A stretch of DNA of 64,000 bases from Auanema rhodensis. Lineage: Eukaryota; Animalia; Nematoda. Position 1 is the first letter of the stretch. Every line of letters begins with the position of its first letter. The DNA is taken from positions 14,508,001 through 14,572,000 of the forward strand of contig OZ059899.1 in NCBI GenBank assembly GCA_964057225.1. Reading direction: 5' to 3'. The notes under the pieces are model-generated. The model was not told the origin of the DNA. It did no database searches and was given only the letters and a program-made list of their open reading frames with translations. Below, piece by piece: positions 28,101-43,100 of the stretch. The position numbers and the translations under genes are program-made.

Positions 28101-31100
28101 AACTATAATGAATATTTTATGAAAAAATGATTGAATTTTCTTTAATTTTCATGAAATTCCATTATTCTCAAGCGCGTTGTCGTTTTTTGCAGTTTTTTTC
28201 CTATTTCAAGCTCAATTCAGCAACTTAACCTTTTTTTCTGTAAAATGTTAATTCAATCCATTTGATACATTAGCCTATGATTTCGTAACTCATCAGTAAT
28301 GTACAGAGGCAAGCCTATTCTTCAGTTCAAAGAAAGAAGATTGCATACTGAAGACTGAAGCCACGCCTTCTTTCGCTTTCAGTAGTCAGCGCCCAGAAAA
28401 GGGGGGTGGGCTGTGACAGCACAAGACAGTGTCTCTAGTGGCTAGTGCCGTATATTCTAATTTCAAACTTATTTTTTTCTACATTAACTATTTGTTTTTG
28501 AAATAGAGAAATTGAAGAAACTAGAAAATAATATAATAACTAATATTATAATTCGTCTGACTATTTTACCTGACAATGTATTGTCACCTGTTAACAGGCT
28601 ATTGCCTGTTAATTGGCCTCAGTTTTACCTTGGGTAAGCATTTAATTATTTTTATTATTCAGAATTAAACGAGCATCGCTCTTGTTTTCATGGTGAGCTT
28701 TTATAGCTTGAGTTTATCTAATTTAGTTTTTTTTTCTGTTATTGTTTTTTGGTGATCAGTGAGCATCATAACCAGATGCTTTTGAGATGCTTTGCTGATA
28801 TTAGTTACTGCTTTCATAAAGATTTATTTCATTTTACTCACAGCTATTTGAAATATAATAAAATCAATTTTAATTATATGGAATAGTTTGCTTTCATTAT
28901 ATTTTTATTATTTTAGGGTCAAATCCCTGTCAAGATTATTCGCTGCATGACTGCGATGCTGTTGCTGAATGTGTTTCGGAGCAGCCTGGATATTTTCAGT
29001 GCCATTGTCCTAAAGGATATCTAGATATTTCTAATGATAAACGATTCCCTGGTAGAAAATGTATCAAAGGTTTGTTAAGTTTTTCTATTTCGAATATTCA
29101 TGTATGTCTGTCAGTCACATTTTTTTCTGAAAAAAAAAGGTATAAGATAGCTATGAAAGATTCTGAGAGGAGAGTAGAAGAATATTCTATAAATCATATG
29201 GAAACGTATGATAATAGCGATGAAACGTCATCTATATAACTTATATTTCCTAAATAAGCTTCTCATCATGTCTATCAAACTCTATGTCATGGAAGATTAT
29301 CATTCGAGTTTTGTGATTTTCGGGTCGATGATTAGTGACCCAAGCTTCGTGTTTGTTCCGTCCTTTTCTTGTTAGGAGATAACTCTCGTCAAATCAACAT
29401 TTCTCTCTTTCTTTCTCTTTACGCCCCTCTAATGTCCTAAAAAGGCGCGTACATGTCCGGCCAGTTTTTTTTCCGTTTGATATGAGGTCAAGGTATCCCC
29501 CCCCCACCAATAGACGCATCTACATATCAATCTATCAGTTGGTTAAGAAATTGGCTCTTAAGAATTGTCTGTTACTGATGAAGATGACTAATTCATTTCT
29601 GATTCAAAATGAATAGGAAAATGGATAGTACTGATGATGATGATGATGAGATAGGGGTATTTGGAAGAGAGTTCTGTAGCAAAGGTGTAAAGGGGGGGGA
29701 GGTGAAAAGGGGTTGATTGAAGTGAAGTCGGATGAAATCAGTACTTTGATTTCGATAACGATTACCGTAAAATAGGTTTTTATGAAATAAAACTGGGAAT
29801 GACGTCTATATCAATATCTATATAACTTATAGATTAATAGATTATATTCCAATCAATTCAGCTTCTTATATTTCAATCAATATTTCTAACTTATATTGAA
29901 ATTGCTTGGAAATCGTTTTTTTCCTTTCATTGGTCAATTTCTTTTCGCTTCCCCTCACCAGTTTGAAAATTCACTTATTAAGTAGAGGATAAACTAGAGA
30001 CCTTTGGAAATGAATAATGGCTAGACGAAGACATAGAAGAGTTGACTTTCTAGTCGTTATGTATCGAGACCGGTCGACATCCAGCCTGACCCTCTTAGCA
30101 TTCATCTGAATCAAAGCCTTGTCGCGTCATTCTGAGTAAGCTACATCTCATATGATCAACCTAGTGTAATAAGTTGCTATGTAAGCATTACCTCTTTAAC
30201 TACCTAAGAAATTATTGAAAATGATACTGAGTGTTTGGGTGAATAAGCCTGTTTCAAGTTCTAGATGCAAGATACACGATGCATGTAATTGAATGACGTC
30301 ACAAAGTTATATTAAATATATATATTCATGGACATCTTATCAGTTAAATGTGCTTGTAGAAATATTTAATTTGATTAAGTTTTAATCTATACAAGTTCTA
30401 ATTTGTCATCAATTCGACAAGAAATATATTTTATGGAACAACATCATCTATACCGTTCAAGTATTACCTCATACATTGAATAAATAGTATATGTATATAC
30501 CATGCTATGATCTATAATGGAAAAGTTTTTCACGTGTTTTCAAGTATTCTCTTAAAGGGTCGTACGCTTATGATGTAGTAATCCAGCGAAAAGTTAAAGA
30601 GACTAACTCTTGTACATCATTTTTTGCTTTAGATGAATTGAATGAATAATTCTTTTCAATTATTATTTTATATATAGTTCTATATAGATATATAGATTTC
30701 TAGAAATGATGTTGTAGAAGTTAAACAAGTTCACTTCTGGGTCAAGAAGCCTGTAGCATAGGTTGTACTATCCTTTTGACAGCGTGGCCTTGAGGGCATT
30801 GGTCTGTGATTTACTCTAGCTAACCACAGACGCGTCCTTGCCAAAGTTTTCTTAATGGAACGTTTACTTCTAAATACAATGTATATTGGAATAAGAGAAA
30901 AAAAAAGTTTTTTTTTGGTTCTTAGATCATAATAGAATTCTACGAAGCAGAACTGTAATGTTCTGAAATATTTGTTGATCATGTAATTGAATATGAATGA
31001 AAATCTCATTTTTTTATAACATGTTACATGTATAGTATATGTGTTCATGTGTGTGTTCATCGTAGTTAAGCCTGTGGTAGGCCTTGAACAATGTGCGGCG

Positions 31101-34100
31101 TGTTGTTTCATTTTGGTAGACTGTGCTTTCTCATTCAGACATCAGAAAGTTCGAATCATATTAAGCCAGTTCAGGAAAGCCCTTCATTCCTCTCTAACTC
31201 TCTCAATCATTTCATTTTTTTAATTAGAACATTGAGAAGAGTTTTAATGGAATAGACATCAAACCTCTTTAGTTTTGTGCGTAAGATGAATGTTTCAACA
31301 GTTAGGTAAATGAAAGTGATTTAAAGATTGAACTTAATGTGATTGTTCTTTAATGTGTATACAGTACAAGAATGAGATAGAGTTGCTCTCTTACTAATCG
31401 AAAGAGATTCAATCATTCTCTCTATTTCATTTCAATCGATTGTTCAAGTATGATCAATCAAACATTTTGTTTCCAGAAATTTTTAAATCTAATTGGGATG
31501 CATATATTTGGGACGAAGATCGTTTCCGAATTCAAAATAAGATTGGAACGGAGGGAGGTGAAAGTAGTCTTATGTTGCATGCGATCTTGACAAGATCTTG
31601 AACTTCTCTCCATCTTGATTAGGTTACATACGAATTCTGTGCTCATAAGGCTAAACTACCTCGCACGCCACCAATATTTCCGATAAAGGAATTATATAAG
31701 AAGAGAAAAGGTTTAATCGACGAATTGAATGAAAATTTCAATGGAAAGTGGTATATATGAGGGAAAGGAGGAAATTAGAGAAAATAGAGGGGGGGGGGAG
31801 TAGGTAACTGAAATAGATCACACCAGAGTAATTAGTACGACGAGGTTAAGATGAGTTAGAATAACCTCATGTCACGGGTATGAAGTGACTTTTTCTAATC
31901 TGAGTACATTGAATCTTATAATACACACATTCATACATATACTATATGCATAATATATAATTAAATAGAATAAATCAATAAAGGAGTTTTCATCTTTTAA
32001 GAAAATTTGAAAGTTTCATCTTTAATTATCTGTATTTTAGTTGTAAATGAATGTGCATTGGGTACACATACTTGCGATCCTAATGCTGCTTGTGTTGATA
32101 CTCAAGAAGGATATACATGCAAGTAAGTTATATATATATTATTATATTTATAAATTAATAGATTATTCGATGTTATAAACTATATGCTTTAGGTGTAATT
32201 CGGGTTGGCTGGATGCCAGTCATGATCCACTTCATGGTCCTGGACGTATCTGCAAGAGAGGTTTGTACATCTTTCGGATTTTATAAAACTATCTCGTATG
32301 GCGTTTGATCGTCTTCTAATTGCTCCAAAACGCTAGAGATTCATGTCCTAATCGGCATGGCTAATCTTCAGCTATTCATCAGAATCATTGTTCTCTCTGT
32401 TATATATTTTTCAAAGAATTTTTTATTATTTGTAATCAACAAACGTTTTGATTGTTTCTTTGAAAGATGCCCCACGACTTTTTGAAAATCATTGAAGGGA
32501 AACTGACAGAGAGGGAAAACATAAGTTCATTCTGTATTTTGAGTGAAAGAAAGTAGAATAGAAGAAGTAGGAGAGGAGAGGGGGGGTGTAATGAACAAAC
32601 AACATAGTTCCGCAACCGAACTGGACATCGAGTTTATGACATTCGTGATATATGAATAGTAATTAGTCTATTTATAGGGTTAAGGAAGGTACTTTAACTA
32701 AAAAAATGAAAAATAAATAAATATTTATTATATTATTCTAAATATAATAATATTATTATAGCTAATATGTGCAAAAATGTTGATTGTTCTCAAGATGCTG
32801 AATGTCGTGAGACTCCAATAGGTATAATGTTTTAATAAAAAAAGTAATCTTGTATGGATGCTTTAGGTCCTGTATGCCAATGTGTTAGTGGATATGTAGA
32901 TGTTTCACGTCAGCATGGACGTCCTGCTGGTCGAATCTGTCGTGCTGTTGTGAATGAATGTGCTCAGGGCAAGCATGATTGCTCTCGACATGCTTCATGT
33001 ATCGATACAGCTGACAGCTATACTTGTCGCTGTCATGATAACTACCGAGATGAAAGCCCTGATGCTGGACGTAATCCTGGACGAGTTTGTGTTCGAGGTA
33101 AGCTGGTCTTGCATCTTGATTGTGTTGTTTATCGTACTTTTCACTTGATAGAATTTATTTTAATGAAATTGACAGTTTCATTTTTCATTCACTTTTAGCT
33201 GTTGTTCCTGACCCCCCGGAGTGTGATGTGTCAGATCCAATGAGTTGCGATCAGAGTAAGAGCGAGGTTAGCATATAAACTTTTATTTTATTTGAAAAAT
33301 GAAAAACTTTTATTTCAATAAAGGGGAATAACATTGAATCTTTAGGTTTGCTTATTCACAAACAACACATACAAATGCCGATGTGCACATGGATATTCAC
33401 GTCTTCCAGATGGCAGGTATTATCACCTTATCATCAGTAACATATGTTTATGCTAATGTTGTTTTCCTTTAGATGTTTGGCTATCGATGAATGCAAATCA
33501 AAAACAATGAATACATGTGGCGAAAATGCTGATTGTCTTGACTTGGCTGAAGGATATACTTGCCAATGTCGAGCTGGTTATGCTGATATTTCTCCAAGTA
33601 ATCAACCAGGAAGAATTTGCAAAGCTCGTATCAATGAATGTTCTCAGCGGTAACTATTTAACTATTACATATATCTTATAATTTGCTAAATATAGTTCAA
33701 AGTATGGAGTTGACTGCCATGAAAATGCTATTTGCATTGATACTGAAGACTCGTACAGCTGTCAATGTCGACCAGGTTTTGCTGATATCTCTGCTTCCTA
33801 TAACAGATTACCAGGTATTATCTCAATTCACCGAATGTCATCATATGCATACGTGATTTAGGAAGAAAATGTATTGAAGCCATCAATGAATGTGCTAACT
33901 CTCAGCTTAATGATTGTTCCAAGAATGCTTTCTGTGAGGATGCTAAGGAAGGTTACATCTGTACCTGCAGAACTGGCTATTTGGATACATCTCCAAATGC
34001 TACTCATTACCCTGGACGTGTCTGTACTAAACCAGTTGAAAGACTTGATCATGAATTAACTAATTCACTTCAAATCGATAGTTGCGATCCAAAAGTATGT

Positions 34101-37100
34101 TTCAATGCTATACTGTTAATCATTAATCCATTCATCTACAGCATCCACAATGTGATGTCAATGAAGTATGTACCGACAGGGGGCAGCGTGGACAATACAC
34201 ATGTCAATGTGCAGATAATGCTTTCAGATACACTGATGGCAAGTGTAAACGTGAGTATTTTCCCTAAAATTGTCTGTTTTTCAATGTTTCTGTTCCAGTT
34301 TACTCTGCTTGCTCTCGCAGAAATGACTGTGACAGTAATGCTGTTTGCTTGAACGTTTTCAACAGTTATAAGTGCCAATGTAGACCTGGCTTCATCGATA
34401 TTTCGGATGATCCAGAGCTGAAACCTGGACGCAGATGTAAAGAACGTATGTTAACTCAATGATCTTCATATATACATTCTATTTAACTTCATGTTTTAGT
34501 TGTAAATGAATGTGCTACTGCTGACAATGAATGTTCACCATTCGCTCGTTGTATTGATGCTACCAATGGCTATGCTTGTCAATGCTTAGACGGTTATGTT
34601 GATGTATCATCCAATCATGGAATGCGACCTGGACGTAAATGTGCTAGCAGTAAGTCTTTTGACATTTTACGATTAGTAACACATCACTGAATATACATGA
34701 CTTGTAACATGCCCTTGTAGTTGGTTAGAAGTATGACAAAACTTTCTATTGAATTGAACAACTTTGCAAGCTTAGTACATCACTTTCATTGAATGTTCAA
34801 TGTTTTTTTTATGTTCTCACTTTTACAATGAAACATGGATGTATGATGGTGAAGCATCGTCTGATCCACCGAAATCCAACCGGAAAGTCATTGGTCCATT
34901 ACTTGATGTGCCGACATTTGTTATACAAAATTGCGTGTATAAACTAGTACAGCCATTAAAAGGATGGGTGGGACGACAAGGAAGGGGGCAGGAAATGAAG
35001 AAAGTATCGAAATTTCCGAATTTCTTTCATTTTACAATACGTCATGCCATTATTATCCCTTTAAGAATCAAATTTAATAGTTGTTATTAAGCGAAATTGC
35101 CTTTCTTAGCTGTCTGAGATGATAGCCATTGTTCGTATCCGATGTTCATATAACTATAGTAACGTCAGTAGAAGGGGGGGTAGAAGGGGAAGAGATAGAA
35201 GGGAAATTTTAATGTTACCTGTCTTCATATTTGAATTTTAGTGAGCAATGAATGTGCTGTGGATACACTCAACACATGTGATGAGAATGCCGACTGCATT
35301 GATTTACCTGATGGATATGCTTGTCAATGTTATGCTGGATTTGTGGATGTGTCATCGTCAGCTAACTTGCCTCCTGGAAGAGTCTGCACGGTTCATACCA
35401 CTTGTCCAAAACAAAAAACTGATTTGGTCTTCCTCATTGATGGATCTGGCTCAATCGGATCTTATGTATTCAAGCATGAAGTTTTACGTTTCGTCAGCGA
35501 ATTTGCCGAACTTTTCGAAATTGGACCTGATCAAACTCGTGTTGGTCTTATTCAATATTCTGATCAAATTCGTCATGAGTTCGATCTTGGCCAATATCCA
35601 GATAAGGTAATTTGATTTTAATAGAAAACTTTTCATATTCTTATTATTCAGACATCCGTGTTGAGAGCTATTGCTGAGACTCAATACTTGACTGGTTTGA
35701 CCAGAACCGGAGCTGCCATCCAGCATATGGTGCAGGAAGGATTCAGTGAGCGTCGTGGTGCGCGTCCACAATCGGATGATATTGCTCGGTAAATATAAAA
35801 GGTTTTCTCAACCTTTCATGGAAATATTTAATTGTAGTGTTGCTATCATTCTTACTGATGGAAGATCTCAAGATAATGTTTCTGGCCCTGCTGAAGCTGC
35901 CAGAAAGCTTCACATCAATACATTCGCCATTGGAGTAACTGATCATGTTCTTGCTAGCGAACTTGAAACTATTGCTGGATCGCCAAATCGTTGGTTCTAT
36001 GTCGATAAGTTCAAGGTTTGAGATTTTTTGATCAGATTTCTGTTTATCTATACTTATTCCAGGATCTTGACACCAGACTTCGCTCTATGATTCAAAAAGC
36101 TGCTTGTCCATCACCAATTCGAATGGAAAGTCATCCAACTGGAACTTGCAATCCCCGCACTCAGACAGGATGTGACCGTACTCTTAACGAACTATGTGTC
36201 GAAGAAGGCAGAAGGTATTATCGTAGATACATAGATGAAACATCGTTAATACCACCCTGCTTAGAACTCATTGTGTCTGCCCTGATGGATTCCAACGACA
36301 TCCCATCACACGTGTATGCGGAGGATCACATTGTAATCCCCAACTTACAACATCTTGCATCTCTCCTGAAGAATGCCAGATTACTCCATACAATAACTAT
36401 CGTTGTGCCTGTCCAGAAGGATATTCGCGCGATTACAGAAGCGGATTCTGTGGTATATTCTAATACATGATCGATGATGTCTAATTCAACTCATTACAGT
36501 ATCTGTCAAAGAAGTTCATATTGCTCCACAACATGATGGTGATTGCCATAACGGTGGTATTCGTTGTACCCAAAATGAGCAATGTGTACGTGATATGTGA
36601 GTATAGAAAGAAAGAATTTGTCATTCATGTTGCTCTCAAATTTCAGAAGTGGACGATGGGCTTGCGAATGCCAGACAGGATTCGAGCGTAACCGTCAGAA
36701 TGGACAATGCAGCTATCCAGGCTCATGCATTCCTAGCCAGCCTTACTCCTGTGACTTACGCAAACGTGAGAAGTGTCTGCCTCACCACGGCTTCTACACT
36801 TGTCAATGTGACCGTAATGAGAAACGTCATCCAATCACTGGCATATGCTGTAAGCTTGTATATTCCCTATTCCGTAGTGAAATTTTTATTTTACAGTGAA
36901 GAATGAATGTCTTTCCGGAGAGAATGATTGCGATCGCAATGCCATCTGTACTGACACTGATGATGGTTACCTCTGCTCATGTCGTAGTGGATTCTTCGAC
37001 CAATCACCTGATTCTATCCATAAGCCCGGACGTGTATGTATTGCTGAACAGAATGAATGTATGGATGGAACCAACAAGTATGTCTATCATCAACAAGATT

Positions 37101-40100
37101 CATATTATCCTTGAATTTCAGGTGCTCTCCAAATGCTATCTGTACAGACACACAGAACGGTTACGTCTGTCGTTGTAAATCTGGATATGTTGATTATTCA
37201 CCAAATCCACAAAATTTCCCTGGAATGGTCTGTCAAGAGCTTATTAACGAATGTGCTTCTCCACGTCTCAACACTTGCCACAGAAATGCTTTGTGTATTG
37301 ATACCGTTGAAGCTTACACATGCGTTTGCCAATCTGGGTACACAGATATGGACGAATTCCGTAATCCTGGAAGAAATTGCAAGAAAATCAAGACAAACGA
37401 TCGTTGCACAATTGGAAACAATGATTGTGATCGAAATGCTCGTTGTATTCAAATAGGTAACATTGCCTCTGGCATCTAAGAAACATTTTCAATGCTCTAT
37501 TTCTAGGTGATGATGATTATTCATGCGCTTGTCCTCCTGGATTCAAAGACAAATCACCAAATCTTGCTATGCCTGGAAGAGTCTGCATTCCAGTTATTCC
37601 GGAATGTGATAATCCATCATTGAACGATTGTGATTCTCCTGATAGAGCCATCTGTACTGATACTGACGATGGTTACATGTGTAGATGTCGTCAAGGATTC
37701 CTTGATATCTCACCAAATCCTAGTGCTAAGCCTGGCAGACTTTGCAAGCAATGTATGTGACATTCCATCAACATCTTATTCAAAAATTAATATTGTTTAG
37801 TGCAAAACGAATGTGCTCTTGGAATTCACGACTGTTCTCGTGATGGAGGAATTTGTGAAGATACACCAGATTCTTACAATTGTAGATGTGCTATGAGCTA
37901 TTTAGATGTTTCTCCTGATCGTCAGAACAGACCTGGTCGTAAGTGCAAGCAACGTAAGTTTTTTGTTTAGCGGTTCCTCCAACTTATGCTATGCTTATAC
38001 AGTAATTGATGAATGTGCTACTGGTCAAAATGACTGTTCTCGAGATGCCATCTGTACAGATACTGAAGATAGCTATACATGTTCTTGTCCTCGTGATTAC
38101 ATTGACTCATCACCTGATCCAATGAGACGTCCAGGAAGACGCTGCTTGCAACGTATGTTCCTCTTTTTGAAATTCAAAAAATTAATTTTTCATATGTTAG
38201 GTATTAACGAATGTACTTCAAACATGCATGATTGTTCTCCTAATGCTGATTGCTTTGATACTCCTGAATCCTATAAGTGCAGGTATACTACCCAAACTGA
38301 ACTGGGTATGCTATATGAAATCATTAATTCTTAGATGTCGTGATGACTTTGTTGATGAGTCACCTGATCCAATTCGTCGTGCGGGTAGAATCTGTCGTCC
38401 AGCTCTTGTAGATGAGTGCCGTCTTCGTCGTCATGATTGCCATCAAGATGCTGATTGTCAAGATTTGCCTCAAGGATATACATGCCAATGTCGTGCAAAC
38501 TTCCTTGATGAGTCGCCAAACAGAGTTTCTCATCCTGGACGTATGTGCGTACCACGACCAACTCCACCACCACCTGAGTGTCGTATTGACGGACCAAATC
38601 AATGTAAAACTCATCTGAATGAGGTAAAACCGTTATTCTACAACCAATTACAATGTATTGTTCTAGGTATGTCGTCTGATCGACGGCGAACCTAAGTGTA
38701 CCTGTCCATTCAATTATCAACGTGATGGAAGCCGAGTCTGTTCAGGTTTGATGTTATTCACATGAATAATCACTAACTATATGTTATAGTTATTAACGAA
38801 TGCGATTTCCCACATCTCAATGATTGCCACACATCAGCTGAATGTGTTGATCAACTTCAAGGATATACCTGTAGATGTAAAGATGGCTTCAAGGATATGG
38901 GTAGTGGTCAACAACCTGGACGAATGTGCAAACCACGTATGTCTTTCATATCGTCTGATCTTAAACTTCGTTGTGTACTATTTCAGTTGTCAATGAATGT
39001 CAATATCCTCATCTGAATGATTGTCATCAACATGCTCAATGTATTGATCTGGAAGAAGGATATGAATGCAAGTGTCATCAAGGCTTTATGGATATATCTC
39101 GTGGAAGACCCGGAAGAATCTGTAAGCAGTTGATGGATGAATGCTCCCAACCCACCTTGAATAGCTGTGATCGTAATGCTCGGTTCGTTGAGCATCATTT
39201 TCCATTGAAAATTTAAATATCTCCTTTTTAGCTGTATTGATGAAGAGGAAGGATATAGATGTGAATGCAAAACAGGCTACATCGACATCTCACCATCATC
39301 CGATTTGTCTGGAAGATCCTGTCGTCAATGTAAAGCTTATTTTTGCTTATTTTTAATATATTTTGGTATATTTTCAGTGATTAATGAATGTTCTAATCCT
39401 CGTTTGAACGATTGTGACCGAAATGCTCAATGTCGCGATACAACTGATTCTTACGAATGTCAATGCCCATCAAACTCTAAGGATATCAGTCCAAATCCAT
39501 CTTTCCCTGGACGTGTTTGTTTAATCTGTAAGCTTATAAGTTTAGTTCACTAGCTTTTACTCTATGATTTCAGTTGAAAATGAATGTGAGACCGGAAAGA
39601 ATGATTGTGATCCTAATGCTCTGTGTCATGACAACGAGCAATCCTACAGTTGCGAATGTCCAGCTGGCTCTCTTGACCGTTCTCCAGATCGCATGCGTAG
39701 ACCTGGAAGAGTTTGCGTCAAATTGGTATGTGATCTTTCGTCTATGTTTTTCATCTAACTTTCTATCTTGCTTTTAGGTCGATGAGTGTAAGACAGGTCG
39801 TCATACCTGCAGCGCTCAAGCTGATTGCCGTGATCTCGAAGAAGGATATACATGTGAATGTAAGGATGGCTACATCGACAGATCTCCTAACATGGCCACT
39901 CAACCTGGACGTGTATGCGGAGTTCCTGAAGTTTGTCCACAGGATCACCAATGCAGTTCAGCAGCTATTTGTGAACCATTGGGAGGAAACAACTATCGTT
40001 GCTCTTGCATACAAGGATACGTTGATCGATCCCCCGGAAACGAGAAGGGACGTGTCTGTGTTCGAAGTAAGGCTATCATATATCTTGATATCCTAATCAT

Positions 40101-43100
40101 CTATCTATTGTAGATAATGCTTGCCGTGATCCACAGCTCAATACTTGTAGCAGAAATGCTATATGTTACGATGAAACACAAGGATACAGATGCGAATGTT
40201 CTAGAGGATTTATAGATCGTTCTCCCGATCCAAGAAACAAGGGACGCGTTTGTGAACCACCACCACCACCAACTCCTCCACCAAGTACAATATCAAAAAC
40301 TCATAAATATTTTCTTATTTCTCTCTGTTATAGGACATCCATGCCAAGATCCTGATCGTAATGATTGTCATTCAGCTGCCATGTGTCGCTCCACTGGTGC
40401 TCAAACATATTCATGTGAATGCCTACCAGGATATGCTGATAAGTCACCTGATACCAGAAGCAAACCTGGACGCTTATGTGAACTCACTCAACCAGTTTGT
40501 CTGGATCCTTCGTAAGATATAGATAGAATAAGAATGAATTCATAGATTTATTTTAGCCAAAATGACTGTCACGCAGCTGCTATATGCTTAGAAACTCACA
40601 CTTCTGAGAAATATACATGTAAATGCCGTGATGGATACATGGATCAATCTCCAGATCAAAGTCGTCACCCCGGAAGAATCTGTGTTGAAATGGTTAATGA
40701 GTGCTTAGTTCGTTCTCTGAATGACTGTCATCATCTTGCCCTCTGTGAAGATCGTCCAAAGGGATACAACTGCCGTTGCCCAATGAATACAATTGATCGT
40801 TCTCCAGATCCTAGCAAACCAGGAAGACTATGTAAGTAGAATTATCCTATTAGTGGTTAAAATATATCTAATTCTAGGTGTTCAAAACGTCAATGAATGT
40901 GCTAATCCTTCTCTCAATAGCTGCTCCAGATTTGCTGATTGTACTGACCGAGAAAATGGCTACGAGTGCCGTTGCCGTTCTGGTTATCACGATGACAATC
41001 CATCTCATCCTGGTACTCAATGTACATTTGTTATCAATGAATGTGAATCTCCAAATCTGAATGATTGCGATTCTCATGCTCAATGTATCGACTTGCCCGG
41101 AGGATACGATTGTCGATGCCGTTCTCCATATCGTGATGAAGGACCACCAGGCCATCCAGGAAGAATGTGCCGTTTGAATGAATGTCTCAGCGCCAATCTT
41201 AACACTTGTGATAAGAATGCTGACTGTATGGATGTTGATGATGGTTACATCTGTAGTTGTAAGACTGGATTCTATGACCAAAGTCCTAATCCACGTGAAC
41301 CTGGACGTATCTGTATCGAGTTCCAGGTTTGTAGCTTAATGAATCCCGTTGTAACTCATTACTCTCTGTTTAGGTTGAACAGCAAGAAGAACGCGTTCTT
41401 ATTCAACGACCACACAATACCCCACCTCCACCACAGCACGATGGACTTCAATGTGGACGTGAATACTGTAACATAATGAGAGGAGAAGTTTGCATTAGTG
41501 GATTCTATTGTGGATGTCGTCCTGGAGAAAGTCGATCATCAAGCACTGGAAGGTAGATTGATTAACGAGCATAGAGCTTCTTATCACTGATTTCATTACA
41601 GATGCCAACCTGTTGAAGAAACATCTCTTCAAATTCGTGTTGTTTCAAGAGATAGTAAACCACTCTTGTACTCAAGTGAATTTGGATCTCAATCTAGTCC
41701 ACCTTATGTAGAAGTTGTCGACAAATTCCAAAAGGATATGGCAAGAACATTCGGAAGCACATCGTATGCTCCACGATATGTATCTACAAAGGTTAAGTAC
41801 ATCACTCATCCAAAGACAGTTAACAGGTATGAAATGAGATTCTTGTGTGGAAATTATAATGATTGGAATGCTTTCAGTTCATGGCCTGATGGTCTTCTGT
41901 TCAAGTATGATGTTCAAACTACCAAATCCATTAACAAGGCTCCAGTTGATGAATGCGAATTATGGAAAGAGATGATGTCTTCTCTCCACAGAACTAACTA
42001 TGCTATCGGTTAGTTTGTCTTTTTTCTTCATTGTTTATAACTTTGTTACATTTGTACAGGCGGTGGATCCTTACGAGTAGCTGATGACAATGGTCATTTG
42101 AATCCATGCAAAGAACCAGAGCCAGTTGGAGAATGTGGCGGATTAAGCTGCAAAGAAAGTCTTGGCGAGGTAAGCTTCATTCAAATATGACGTGTTCAAG
42201 AAATGCTTTCATCTATTATAGATCTGCATAGCTGGATCTGTTTGTGGTTGTCCAACAGGAATGAAGAGAGCGTCTGCTAATGACGTCTGTCGCGCTGTTG
42301 AATCGTGGAACGTACCACTATGGGTTATGAGAAAGGAAAAGACTAATCTAGTATACAATGATACATTCAGTAATCCATTAGATTCAACTTATAAGGTTGG
42401 TATACATTCTTGTTTATGGCATTACTAAACTTAAAACATATTCTAGAGTTATGCTCAAGATTTTGAAAAGGGTATCGGTGGATGTTATCCTCATACTACT
42501 TTGAAAAATGCTTTCGTTTCTGCTGAAGTTAACGAGATCACTAACCCATCACAGTCTAACGCCAGCTGGACAAGCGGTCTTTTATTCAATACAACAGTCC
42601 ATTTCCGTAAAGGAGCTGTCAGAATACCATCTGATACCTATTATCAGCTCGTTCGTTACGTAGTTGATAAGAATGACTATGAAGTTGGAGACAGTGGACT
42701 GTATTTGAATGAATATCAGCCTGACCCATATAAGGCATGCTTCAAGGTTTGTGTATTATCACTTCAGTCTTTGATATTAATTGATATTCTTTAGAATGAT
42801 TGTCATTCACATGCTAGATGCGTGGATACTGGACCGAAATCATATAGGTGCGAATGTGGACCTGGCTTCCGCGATTTGAATCCTAACGATCCTGGAAAGA
42901 AGTGTCTTCCTACTAACGGCTTCAACGAATGTGAGAGAAAGGAAGACAACGAATGCTCAGAGAATGCTAGATGCATTGATCTTGATCATTTATACAAATG
43001 CGAATGTCTTCCTTCGTACTCTGATGCTTCACCTGTTGGCTCTGTTCCCGGTTCTCTCTGTACTCTTGACTACTGTAGTGACGTCGATTTCTGTCCAACC

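Noticed and set aside
16380-30100. Scattered AGGTCA/TGACCT (nuclear receptor) and ACCGGT (Grainyhead-like) hexamers around mua-3
   Set aside because: Biologically plausible for a molting-regulated gene, but enrichment cannot be shown without counting against background.
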